Shown here: positions 10,801 to 19,587 of the stretch, piece by piece | Layout: every line of letters begins with the position of its first letter | Position numbering within the stretch: the stretch's first letter is position 1 | DNA from: Myxococcota bacterium | GTDB lineage: Bacteria > Myxococcota_A > SURF-8 | Assembly (NCBI GenBank): GCA_965140415.1 | Contig: OZ223209.1 | Span: 5,911,758-5,975,757, forward strand | DNA: 64,000 nucleotides | Direction: 5' to 3' | The notes under the pieces: model-generated | What the model was told of the DNA's origin: nothing | The model's database searches: none | What the model saw: only the letters and a program-made list of their open reading frames with translations | Translations under genes and position numbers: made by a program

Positions 10801-11677
10801 AGAGATCGAATTCAAATCCGCCAATTTCAACACCTTCGACGAAGCCATGCTGCGCGTTCACCTTTCCGATGGGGAAGTTCTGTATCTTAGCGCCGGATAT
10901 AAAGAGAGCGTCTTCAACCAGCCTTCACCCATGTTAAGCGGTTCCAAGGCGCTGGTACTTGCCGCCGGAAATGAAGCCTTTACGCAACTTCCGGTCTGGA
11001 TGCAAGTCGGCGAAGACAAGCAGGTTTCGCTGTTCGTCAAACTGAATGCGGACGGCAGCGCACAAAACGAAGCCTCCGAACGCATCAGCGGGTATTATTC
11101 CGTACCCTTGCGGCGCACCTTGAAACGCCTGCCCAAAGATCGTATCGAACAATTTTTCGAAATGATCCTGAACAAGAATTTCCCAGGTGCAGCCTTGGAA
11201 AACGTGGACATTCAAAATATCGAAAACGCCAAGGAGCCGTTGAAGCTGCATTACACCTTCAACGTGCGACGCATGGCCAAACCGCTGGACAGGCGCTTGA
11301 GCATCGACGGTGCCTTCTTCCCGCTATATCTTTCCCGCGCCTACATCCGTACGCCGGAACGTCATTTCCCCTATCTGGTCAACGGCATCAACAGCGGTTT
11401 CAACACCTCGGTGTTGCAGCTTCCGGAAGGCTACGTTGTTTCCCGCATGCCCGAAAGCCAGGAGATCGAAAGCCCCTACGGGGTGTATCGCTATCACGTG
11501 GAACGCAAAGAGGATACGATCATCATCACGCGGGATTTCACGATTCCGATTCAGCGTATCGAATTGGAAAACTATATGGACTTCTACCGCTTCTGCATGC
11601 AGGTGGACCAGTTGGAGCAGCAGCAGATTCATCTTGTCCCCGGCGATACACCAGAGAACCTTGCAAAACAGCCATAG
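7841..11677 (+). CDS. Lipoprotein paralogue: TPR + DUF3857 + degenerate transglutaminase-like domain
   Basis: Lipobox-like FINGC; same layout as the upstream gene (ITRWQFVGPF, LPDIEVGDFIE, LQLPEGY) but KEGNRLILL/FDEAML replace the Cys and His motifs; overlaps the upstream gene. Confidence 0.8.
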   Translation: MMRTTNHILYIAVFVGLLFINGCASFSAALYNQPPDAPGVQQRLQELENRAVQRGDADLLLEAGWAAWTLNNDAERAQSLWKKAEALSPKRAEIPMALAQTYYFGGHFQLAQQACLRVLAQQPGGIYARLAAARLASLYDETPDFPKQVRPVLESLLDDERLERETRLSITNTLRLIYREQNLPELEKAMRQRQGKITRWQFVGPFGTVGLIDFDRSYKPETDALQAQYDTPNGAVQAVAVDLEKQDVSFSDLSEFGGVFYAAGAIELQQDRNVVLRLKTKELAQLFIDGRPVLTVDPRTRHLPMLHPVQVQLAAGRHRLLVKLGESNSRLNFTLNIVGENGEPVAFTQFNELSEYNRPAASSRNATFVSNVADIFYERAERRGDLLSLYYANLANQIDEHHARLVNLRERALAINPNFAPLYVLEALRVTRDPSLPGGVAQDRARAALRHALELDERQAIALQVLAQDAVERDRSEEAIAMFKQLERLTPEAYNAPYALYSLYESKGWRKEAEQAKERALLKNGRNLQLLKSAFRTARNNSEFKRADELSLRIDALDGTGHTRLNWLQSQGKYMEVEKLLRTFIEREPYKVGHRTRLADTLLQAGKFAEAIEVYRELATWPGHQARYARSLAQAYRLNGQAELAEQTLQQALELEPGDFTLRDMMTWDEGSEILGEYVTKTEPLLQSFKEQTYKPEAGVVLVLDEYIQKVLPDASSVTRTHTITRVQTKDAISRFGEVRLPSSATVYRLRVIKPDGRELLPERIGGKRSVTLPDIEVGDFIEMDYVQGQDLARSINGGRTLSSSFLFQNTHIPTFRSRFTVIHPEEMAMNLQPLNYNLNAPTIERENGWVMTRYDNEKIDALTPEPFMPVQLEVIPMVRMTRPLQWTEVRDLLRQRLLGKTIVAPEIEAFYREHVQQGESERETAERLFYAVTEAIEGEDNDSSFRFSASNILAQKEGNRLILLQALLSLHGLQSEFLLAKPQNIKEIEFKSANFNTFDEAMLRVHLSDGEVLYLSAGYKESVFNQPSPMLSGSKALVLAAGNEAFTQLPVWMQVGEDKQVSLFVKLNADGSAQNEASERISGYYSVPLRRTLKRLPKDRIEQFFEMILNKNFPGAALENVDIQNIENAKEPLKLHYTFNVRRMAKPLDRRLSIDGAFFPLYLSRAYIRTPERHFPYLVNGINSGFNTSVLQLPEGYVVSRMPESQEIESPYGVYRYHVERKEDTIIITRDFTIPIQRIELENYMDFYRFCMQVDQLEQQQIHLVPGDTPENLAKQP

Positions 11678-11765
11678 GTTTTATTGGGTTTTATAAGGGT
11701 GTAGCAGAGCCTATAAGGAACAACCATTTTCGATGAGAATCTTAGGTTCAAAGATCGACGCAGCC

Positions 11766-13145
11766 ATGGAAATCTATCGGGATTTCCTGCTGCCGCTGTA
11801 CCAGCGTTTTCTGGCTTGGATTTTCCGCGATCCGGCCACGGAACCGGACGCCTGGAGGCGGCGCGGTATGCTGGCGGCGCGGTTGGCTTACGTGTTGATC
11901 CGGGGTTTATCGGGAAAGCGTTTGCAGGTCTACGCCTCGTCACTGACTTACATCACCATGCTCTCGTTACTGCCTTTGGTGGCGGTCTTGCTGGCGGCGG
12001 CCAAGCAGTGGAGCCCCTACGACATCCCCGAACTGAAAGCCATGCTCATTCAGCGTCTGCCGGAACTGGAAACGATCTTGACGCAGGTAATGGACTACGT
12101 CGCGCAGACCAATTTCGGTTCTTTGGGGCTGGCAGGTACGGTGTTTCTTTTGGGTGCGATCTTTAAAATGATGGGGAAAATCGAAGATGCGTTAAACGAC
12201 ACCTGGGGCGTGCGCAAGGCGCGTCCCTTGTGGCGCAAGGCGTTCGACTATTCCGGGGTATTGATCGCCAGTTCGCTGCTGTTGGTCGGAGCCTGGACCG
12301 CGCAAATCGTCTCCACCGACCTGGTTTCCCGATACATGCCCTATGGCTTGAAACTACTGAACAATTCCTTCAGCACGCGCATTTTCACACTGATGGTCTT
12401 AGGCCTTGGTTTTACCGTGCTGCTCAAATACCTGCCCAATGCCCGCACCCCCTGGTGGTCCACCTTGATCGGCGGCATGACCTGCGGCTTGCTCTACACC
12501 CTGCTCAGCGCGGGTTATTTCGGTTTGCAGGTCGGCATGGCCAATTACAACCTGGTGTACTCCAGTCTGGCGGCGCTGCCCATCACCATTATCTGGATCG
12601 ACATTTCCTGGGTGATCGTGCTGATCTCCGCCGAACTGGCCTATGCCTTAAGCAACCTGCACACCTTTCGCTACGAAGTCATGGATGAAATCGTCAGTTC
12701 GGAATTTCTGGAAGCCAGCGCCCTGCGGGTATCCTTGCATCTGGCGCAATATGGCGAAGTCGGAGAGGAAAAAGCTCCGAGCCTGGGAGCGCTTTCCAGA
12801 AAGCTGCGGTTACCGGGTCGTTTTCTGGCGCAACTATTGACGATGCTGCAACATGCCGGGATCGTTCAGGAAGTAAGCAAGCAGCATTATCTTATCGCCG
12901 AAAATCAGCTTGCTTCAGTTCACCTGCACGATGTCGTACTGGCGGTGCGCCAGCGCGGTCTGCCCAGTGAACGAAATGACGGCGGCAACCAGGATGTCGT
13001 TGAATCCTACCTCAAGCAAACCGAACACAGCCTGCGCGATGGCCAAAGCAACCTGACGTTGAAACAGGCGCTGGCGCTGTCCTCAGACGCTGGTGAAACG
13101 GATGCTCCTTCCTCCACCACCGAAAGCGAAATCCAATCGCTTTGA
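11766..13145 (+). CDS. YihY/BrkB-family inner membrane protein with C-terminal winged-helix-like extension
   Basis: ASSLTYITMLSLLPL, IEDALNDTWGV, YNLVYSSLAALPI..IW..ISWVIVL; start chosen at MEIY (ORF open from 11733). Confidence 0.85.
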   Translation: MEIYRDFLLPLYQRFLAWIFRDPATEPDAWRRRGMLAARLAYVLIRGLSGKRLQVYASSLTYITMLSLLPLVAVLLAAAKQWSPYDIPELKAMLIQRLPELETILTQVMDYVAQTNFGSLGLAGTVFLLGAIFKMMGKIEDALNDTWGVRKARPLWRKAFDYSGVLIASSLLLVGAWTAQIVSTDLVSRYMPYGLKLLNNSFSTRIFTLMVLGLGFTVLLKYLPNARTPWWSTLIGGMTCGLLYTLLSAGYFGLQVGMANYNLVYSSLAALPITIIWIDISWVIVLISAELAYALSNLHTFRYEVMDEIVSSEFLEASALRVSLHLAQYGEVGEEKAPSLGALSRKLRLPGRFLAQLLTMLQHAGIVQEVSKQHYLIAENQLASVHLHDVVLAVRQRGLPSERNDGGNQDVVESYLKQTEHSLRDGQSNLTLKQALALSSDAGETDAPSSTTESEIQSL

Positions 13146-13228
13146 TCGCTTGCACCGAAGCGGGATGTCTGATATAAGGACCGCGCTTGTTTCGGCTTCC
13201 AATGAGGTCTTGTGAAGGAGAAGAAATC

Positions 13229-14677
13229 ATGTCCGACATTCGCGTTCGATTCGCCCCGTCACCCACCGGATTTTTGCATATCGGCGGCGCGCGCACCGCT
13301 CTGTACAACTACCTCTATGCCCGACGTCACGGCGGCACCTTCATTCTGCGTATCGAAGATACCGACCGGGAACGTTCCACCGACGAATCGGTGCAGGCGA
13401 TTCTGGACGGCATGCGCTGGCTGGGCCTGGACTGGGATGAGGGACCGGACAAAGAAGGCGACTGCGGACCGTATTTTCAAACGCAACGCATGGACATCTA
13501 CAGCACGCACGTGAAAAAGCTGCTGGATGAGGGCAAAGCCTATCGCTGCTACGCGACCCAGCAGGAGTTGGATGAGATGCGCGAGCAGGCGCGCGCCAAA
13601 AAGGAAACCTTCCATTACGACCGCCGCTGGCGCGACAAAACGGAAGCCGACTGGCCGCAGGATCGTCCCTATGTCATCCGCTTCAAGGCTCCCATTTCGG
13701 GTGAAGTCGTGGTGGAAGACGCCATCAAAGGCCGCGTGGTCTTCGAGGTGGACAAGCACATCGACGATTTCGTAATCATGCGTTCCGACGGCAGCCCGAC
13801 CTACAATTTCACCGTCGTAGTGGATGACGTCACCATGCGCATGACGCACGTCGTTCGCGGTGACGACCACCTGAACAACACCCCCAAGCAGGTGCTGCTC
13901 TATGAAGCATTCGACTACCCCACGCCGATCTTCGCGCATCTACCCATGATCCTGGGCGCGGATAAAACCCGCCTATCCAAGCGTCATGGAGCCACTTCGG
14001 TGATGGCTTATAAAGAAATGGGATACCTGCCGCACGCGCTGGTCAATTACTTGGCGCGACTGGGTTGGTCACACGGAGATCAGGAAATCTTCCGCATGGA
14101 GGAAATGATCGCCGCTTTCGGTATCGAACAGGTCGGTTCTTCCGCCAGCGTCTTCAACCCGGAGAAACTGGACTGGATCAACCAGCAGTACATCCAGAGC
14201 GATCCTCCAGAATCGATCGCCGCCCTGCTCGTTCCCTTCCTGGCCGAGCGCGGCATTCAGGTCGAAGCCGATGCGCGACTGGTGGAAATCGTCGAATTGA
14301 TGAGTCCGCGCAGCAAAACCCTGGTGGAAATGGCCGAAACCAGCCGTTATTTCTTTACGGACGACTTCGGCTACGACGAAAAGGCGGACAGAAAATTCCT
14401 GAAGCCGGCAAATCTGCCGGTGTTCGATGCCCTGATTCCCGCATTAGAAGCGCTGGAGGACTTCTCCCACGATGCGCTGGCCTCCGCATTCGGCAGCGTG
14501 ATGGAAAAGCTAGAATTGAAGCTTGGGAAAGTGGCGCAGCCGGTGCGCGTTGCAGTAACGGGCGGCGCGGCGAGTCCGGGCATCTTCGAAATGCTGGAAG
14601 TGCTGGGCAAAGAGACCACTCTCGCGCGTTTGCAGCGGGCGGCGGAACACGTTCGCAATAAGCCCGTCGAAGGCTGA
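13229..14677 (+). CDS. gltX: Glutamate--tRNA ligase
   Basis: RVRFAPSPTGFLHIGG, LRIEDTD, RGDDH, RLSKRHGA; RBS gaaggag upstream of ATG 13229. Confidence 0.97.
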   Translation: MSDIRVRFAPSPTGFLHIGGARTALYNYLYARRHGGTFILRIEDTDRERSTDESVQAILDGMRWLGLDWDEGPDKEGDCGPYFQTQRMDIYSTHVKKLLDEGKAYRCYATQQELDEMREQARAKKETFHYDRRWRDKTEADWPQDRPYVIRFKAPISGEVVVEDAIKGRVVFEVDKHIDDFVIMRSDGSPTYNFTVVVDDVTMRMTHVVRGDDHLNNTPKQVLLYEAFDYPTPIFAHLPMILGADKTRLSKRHGATSVMAYKEMGYLPHALVNYLARLGWSHGDQEIFRMEEMIAAFGIEQVGSSASVFNPEKLDWINQQYIQSDPPESIAALLVPFLAERGIQVEADARLVEIVELMSPRSKTLVEMAETSRYFFTDDFGYDEKADRKFLKPANLPVFDALIPALEALEDFSHDALASAFGSVMEKLELKLGKVAQPVRVAVTGGAASPGIFEMLEVLGKETTLARLQRAAEHVRNKPVEG

Positions 14678-14697
14678 TTCGGCGACAAGAGCAGCAT

Positions 14698-14892
14698 TGC
14701 TCATTTCTGCCCATCGTGATTACTCGATGGGCAGAAATGAGTAATACCTACTCTAATTGATTCCAGGGTGGCGCGGGCTAAACCGCAGGTTTGCCCGTGT
14801 TCGAGGGCCACATGGGCAAGCTTCGTTTCTCTCCGCTTGGCCCATGCCACATGTCGGCGGGCTTGCGCTCCACCGCTACAGTAATCAAGAAT
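14698..14892. repeat. Mosaic of palindromic repeats: long GTAG-type hairpin (family D), family A, family B
   Basis: 14712-14755 is the reverse complement of 24258-24301; 14766-14850 matches 42196-42281; 14855-14880 resembles 24455-24480. Confidence 0.85.
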
Positions 14893-14923
14893 CCTCTATC
14901 GCGAGAAACGAGTAGAAGCCACT

Positions 14924-15883
14924 CTAAAAACTCACCCCACCGTGCACGACCAGGTTCCAGATCTCCGTGTTGTCGTATGTCGGATCGTCGCTGTATACGC
15001 GCACCTGTACGCCAAAACCGAGCACGAACATGCTGCCTTTGTATTGCAGACCGGGCGTCACCCATAAACTTGTATCCCGATCTCGATACAACCAGCTTAA
15101 ACCGCTGGGTTCGACCATCAAGTGCAAACCGCCCCAGATTTGAAAGCCGATCGGCACGCCGTAATCGATGCCGAGCGGGTTGCGGTCGCGATAGTAATCG
15201 CGGGTGCGGCGCGGATAGCAGGCGTTTGGATCGGGGATGTTTCCCGGTGTGGCGCTATCATTATCGGGACCGAACCGGCAGTAGTTGTTGGGATCGTTGT
15301 CCTCATCGATGTCGATATTCACCGGCAGTCCGATATAGGGTCCGAAACTGAAGCGCCAAATCTTGATACCACTGGCCAGGTAGGGCCGCAAATAAAAGAT
15401 ATCCGGCGAAAACGTATTCTTGAAGGATTGGTTGATCAATTTGAAATGGATACCGGTTGTCAATGCAATCGGACCGACGTTGAAGAAATTATAGTTCACG
15501 CCGATTCCGAAGTGACCGAAGTTGAAATCCGAATAATCACCGCGAATGGCGCGCATGCTGAAATCCAGATCCAATGAAACCGTATCGATCAGCCGGATGG
15601 AGCCGGACGGATAGAATGTGACCACCTCCAGATCCACATCGGGAATCAGCTCGTATTCTTCCGGCAGCCAGTTGTCTTCCAACTCCCGCCCGACGACCTC
15701 GTTTCGTCCGGAAAAATATTGCGTGCGATAAATGGAAAACGAAAAGGCCCAGCCGGTAAACAGGCGCTGACCGGTCAGTGATTCGGGATACTCGCTTTTA
15801 TCGATTTCCGCCCGGGCAGCAAACGGACAGAATATGACCAGCGCCAGCAGCAATATCATCAAACCTTGCTTTGCCTGTTTCAT
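14924..15883 (-). CDS. Exported hypothetical protein, probable outer-membrane beta-barrel
   Basis: Signal peptide ending AARA, alternating hydrophobic/aromatic strands, C-terminal Phe (VVHGGVSF). Confidence 0.65.
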   Translation of the reverse strand: MKQAKQGLMILLLALVIFCPFAARAEIDKSEYPESLTGQRLFTGWAFSFSIYRTQYFSGRNEVVGRELEDNWLPEEYELIPDVDLEVVTFYPSGSIRLIDTVSLDLDFSMRAIRGDYSDFNFGHFGIGVNYNFFNVGPIALTTGIHFKLINQSFKNTFSPDIFYLRPYLASGIKIWRFSFGPYIGLPVNIDIDEDNDPNNYCRFGPDNDSATPGNIPDPNACYPRRTRDYYRDRNPLGIDYGVPIGFQIWGGLHLMVEPSGLSWLYRDRDTSLWVTPGLQYKGSMFVLGFGVQVRVYSDDPTYDNTEIWNLVVHGGVSF

Positions 15884-15915
15884 GATTTCACTCCCGTTTC
15901 AAGATTTGCAGGATG

Positions 15916-17301
15916 TCAGCCGGAATTCTTCGGTTCCTTACCACCAATAGATGATCTCTCCAGAAGTCCCGTGACTTCCGCCTGGATTTCCCCCTGCGCC
16001 GGATGGATATTCAGCCGGTCGCCGACGGAAAGCCCCATGGCTTGCGTCACTACATGACCCTCTTGATCCGTTACCAGCGCATATCCGCGCCCCAATACCG
16101 CCAATGGAGACAGCGCATCCAGACGCAAGGCCAGCCGACCCAGTCGTTCCCGGTGACGCTGTAAAATCTGTTGCATGGCAACATCCAGATTGCGCCGCTG
16201 CCCCAAGAAGTCCGCCCGCAGGCGCTCGAAGCGCCGCCCGGGATGCTGACGTTCCAGGCGTTGTGCAAGCTGTTGCAATCTCACTCGATTTTGCTGTAGC
16301 TGCATGGTGGGTGCATCGAACAGGCGCTGGGTCAAATCGTCCAATCGCAGGCGATAATCGATCAATCGCCGCTCCGGACTGGGCAGTCGGTGCCGCAAGC
16401 GCTCAAGGCGCTGCTCGGCCTGTTGCAACGTCTGTTGCATGGCGCGTTGTGCACGTTGCAGCAACCAACCGAGTTGTTCCTGTTGCTCGCTGAGCACTGG
16501 AACGGCCAGTTCCGCCGCCGCCGAGGGGGTCGGCGCGCGCAAATCGGCGGCAAAATCGGCAATCGTGACATCCGTTTCGTGCCCCACCGCCGAAATAATC
16601 GGTACAGGGCAGGCACGGATGGCACGTGCTACCGCTTCGTCGTTAAAGGCCCACAGATCCTCGATGCTGCCGCCGCCGCGCCCGACGATCACCAGGTCCA
16701 CGTCTTTCAATTCTCCAGCAATCTGCAAGGCTTGGACGATCTCAGCCGGAGCCTGTGTACCCTGCACCAAGGTCGGCACGACCGAAATCCAGGCGCGCGG
16801 ATGACGTCGTAAAATCACGCGGATCATGTCATGCACCGCCGCACCGGAGGGCGAGGTCACCAGTGCGATACGATGCGGGAGTTGGGGCAGGGGGCGCTTC
16901 AATGCGGAATCGAACAGACCTTCACGTCCCAAACGATCTTTCAACTCCTCAAAGGCGGCCATCAGTTTTCCAAGGCCGCGATCTTCCACCGAATCGACGA
17001 CAAGCTGATAGGAGCCGCGTGGCTCGTACACACTCAGCCGACCTCGTAATAAAAGCTGGTCGCCTTCCTTCGGCGGGTTTCGCACGAAACGATTGTTGCC
17101 GCGAAACATGACACAGGAAAGCTGGGCCCGCGGATCTTTCAAGGTAAAATACCAATGCCCGGAACGGGCAATGGTCACGTTGGAGATTTCGCCTTCCACC
17201 AGAACGCGAGTGAAGCCGCCTTCAAGCCGCTGTTTGATTTCGTATGTGAGTTCCGAAACGCTGTAAACCGTTTCCTGAATGCCTGGCGCCTGCGGTTTCA
17301 C
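15916..17301 (-). CDS. xseA: Exodeoxyribonuclease VII large subunit
   Basis: VEGEISN, SGHWYFTLKD, RGGGSIEDLWAFNDE, SAVGHETD, RAPTPSAAAE, LSPLAVLGRGY. Confidence 0.97.
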   Translation of the reverse strand: MKPQAPGIQETVYSVSELTYEIKQRLEGGFTRVLVEGEISNVTIARSGHWYFTLKDPRAQLSCVMFRGNNRFVRNPPKEGDQLLLRGRLSVYEPRGSYQLVVDSVEDRGLGKLMAAFEELKDRLGREGLFDSALKRPLPQLPHRIALVTSPSGAAVHDMIRVILRRHPRAWISVVPTLVQGTQAPAEIVQALQIAGELKDVDLVIVGRGGGSIEDLWAFNDEAVARAIRACPVPIISAVGHETDVTIADFAADLRAPTPSAAAELAVPVLSEQQEQLGWLLQRAQRAMQQTLQQAEQRLERLRHRLPSPERRLIDYRLRLDDLTQRLFDAPTMQLQQNRVRLQQLAQRLERQHPGRRFERLRADFLGQRRNLDVAMQQILQRHRERLGRLALRLDALSPLAVLGRGYALVTDQEGHVVTQAMGLSVGDRLNIHPAQGEIQAEVTGLLERSSIGGKEPKNSG

Positions 17302-17320
17302 GTCGTCAAAAGGCTGCCGT

Positions 17321-18139
17321 TCAGCTTCTAAGGGTGAGGCTGGATTTCAGTTTCAGGAAATTCTCTTTCGATCCGGCGGCAATGGTCCACGGAAGCTGGC
17401 TGGCGTTGGCATAGTCCCGGCCATAAAGCGGTTCTTCCGTTTCCAGGTTGAAAAAGCCGCCACCGGCCTGGCGCAATATCAGTTCCACAGCCGCGATATC
17501 CCAGAGATGACAATTGAATATGGCGCCCACGCCCGCGCCACGCGCAACAGCCGCCACATGGGCTGCCACACTGCCTAGCGAACGATGCTTGCCTTTGAAA
17601 TCACTATTGAAATATCTTTGGAAATCACTGGGGATGAACAAGGCGCTACGACCGTCGAAAGTCGGTGAAATAGCGACGTGAATGGCTCGAACGCTTTCAC
17701 CTGCACGTCCCGGTTGAAACACCAAAGAAGGATCGCCCAGCGTGGTGCTGCAATACAATTCGCGTGTGATCGGCTGATAGAACACGCCAACCAGGGGATC
17801 GCCATCGCGAAGCAATGCAATCGAGATTCCCCAAACCGGCAAACCGGTTGCGAAGCTGTCGGTGCCGTCGATGGGATCCACTACCCACAGGAAACCTTCG
17901 CCGGATGTGGACTTTTCTCCTTTTTGCTCTTCTTCACCCAGAAAGTGGTGATCGGGAAAGCGATTTTTAATCGCTTCTTCCAGCATCGCCTGGATATCCA
18001 CGTCGGTCTGCGTAACCCAGGAGGAGTCCCCCTTAAGCCAGCCATGGCTGTTGCGAAACTGTTTTTCGGCCATATTTCCGGCTTCTATTGCCAAATCCCG
18101 CGCGAACGCAAGATAATATTGATCGGATTGTTCGTGCAT
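17321..18139 (-). CDS. Inositol monophosphatase-family protein
   Basis: FLGEE, WVVDPIDGT, WDIAA motifs; start chosen at MHEQ (ORF open to 18175). Confidence 0.88.
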   Translation of the reverse strand: MHEQSDQYYLAFARDLAIEAGNMAEKQFRNSHGWLKGDSSWVTQTDVDIQAMLEEAIKNRFPDHHFLGEEEQKGEKSTSGEGFLWVVDPIDGTDSFATGLPVWGISIALLRDGDPLVGVFYQPITRELYCSTTLGDPSLVFQPGRAGESVRAIHVAISPTFDGRSALFIPSDFQRYFNSDFKGKHRSLGSVAAHVAAVARGAGVGAIFNCHLWDIAAVELILRQAGGGFFNLETEEPLYGRDYANASQLPWTIAAGSKENFLKLKSSLTLRS

Positions 18140-18438
18140 TCCCTCTTGCCTCCCAATAAAAAACGCATCCAGCATCGCCGCCTATGCTAGCAGATTTCAT
18201 AAGAAATCGACAAGCATTTAGTTTGAGTTCATTCGGCAAAACGACCTTTTCACTGAATACCCCCAGAGCATTTTTCTCCGATTACAGACATAACGACAGA
18301 ATGAGGCATCACTCAGTTTTGGTGTGACATTGTTTGTCCGTCAACCACTGTAAACCAATCGGATACAATTAAACACTCCGTAACACACTGAAATAACATG
18401 TCTATTTTTAAAATAATAGTGCTTTGCGTCAATTTGAC

Positions 18439-18467
18439 TTGACTATTTATTCAAGTTTTGTTAGCAT
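18439..18467 (+). promoter_or_regulatory. Putative sigma70 promoter of carD/cdnL
   Basis: TTGACT-17 nt-TAGCAT with extended TG. Confidence 0.55.
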
Positions 18468-18501
18468 CATCGGGCCTTAACGTATCGGGAGGTTGAACAT
18501 A

Positions 18502-18990
18502 ATGATGAGTTTTGCGATAGGTGATAAAGCTGTATATCCCGCTCATGGCGTTGGCGAGATCACCGGCATTGAAGAAAAAGAAGTCGCCGGGCAGACCTTG
18601 AAGTTTTACGTGCTCAAGATTCTAGACAACGACATGACCATTCTCATCCCCTCTTCCAACGTGGAAAAGGTCGGTCTGCGCGAAGTGATTACTTCCCGCC
18701 AGGTTCGCAATGTGATGAGTATTCTCAAAGAGCGAGACGTCGAAGTGGATCGCCAAACCTGGAATCGGCGATATCGGGAGTATATGGAAAAAATCAAGAC
18801 GGGTTCGGTGTATGAAGTCGCCGAAGTCATCCGCGATCTGTATATCCTGGCCGACGACAAGGAATTGAGCTTCGGCGAACGTAAAATGCTCGACATGGCC
18901 CGCGGCCTGCTCGTCAAAGAGCTGTCCATTGCCCGCCGCAAAGACGAAGCCGTCATCGAAAACGAACTGGATTCGATCTTCAGCTGTTAA
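18502..18990 (+). CDS. carD: CarD/CdnL-family RNA polymerase-binding regulator
   Basis: GDKAVYPAHGVG, WNRRYREYMEKIKTGS, LSFGERKML; RBS ggagg at 18488. Confidence 0.93.
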   Translation: MMSFAIGDKAVYPAHGVGEITGIEEKEVAGQTLKFYVLKILDNDMTILIPSSNVEKVGLREVITSRQVRNVMSILKERDVEVDRQTWNRRYREYMEKIKTGSVYEVAEVIRDLYILADDKELSFGERKMLDMARGLLVKELSIARRKDEAVIENELDSIFSC

Positions 18991-19587
18991 CCCTGTTTTC
19001 AACTGAACACACATTTTCCCACATCACCGCCTGTGGTCGAATCGACTGCAAGCGGGTTGTGGTGTTGTGTCCGTGATAGCAGAGACAGCGTTTATCAGAT
19101 ACAACGATATCGGTTCTTAATCATTTTTAGCGATTCGTTCTTTTGATTTCCCGTAGCGGGGATCGTGGCGGTCCTGCGTCCGGCTTTGCCCGGATAAGAG
19201 TAAGTATTATTTGAATAGCGCCACGACCAAGGGTGCCACGGACTTTCGCCTGTAAGGCGAATGACCGTGCCTATTCTAAGCTTCCGGGCCATCGATTCGT
19301 ATGAATCGAAGACCCGGGCAGCCACTTGCAATAGCGCAACTCAACTAATAGTGACTATAAAATCCCGGTGGATTGTCACTTGGCGTATCCGTTGCAATAA
19401 AATGATTGATTTCGGCAGGTTGAAGTGGTAGGAATCGGGTAGGCTGCTGCATTTGTTGTGCGGCTTCGAATGGGAAATAATGACTTGTAACAAGATCCCT
19501 GTGTGGCTGGGACCATGGTTCCGATTACCGCCCGGTGAATCCGGCGGTAGATAGGATCGGTCCAGACGTACTAGAAAGGGAAAAACA

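Noticed and set aside
15916-17301. xseA without adjacent xseB
   Set aside because: The two genes are commonly unlinked
19228-19260. RNase P (GAAAGTCCG on minus strand) or T-box similarity
   Set aside because: The partner P4 strand of RNase P and the UGGN antiterminator bulge are not found
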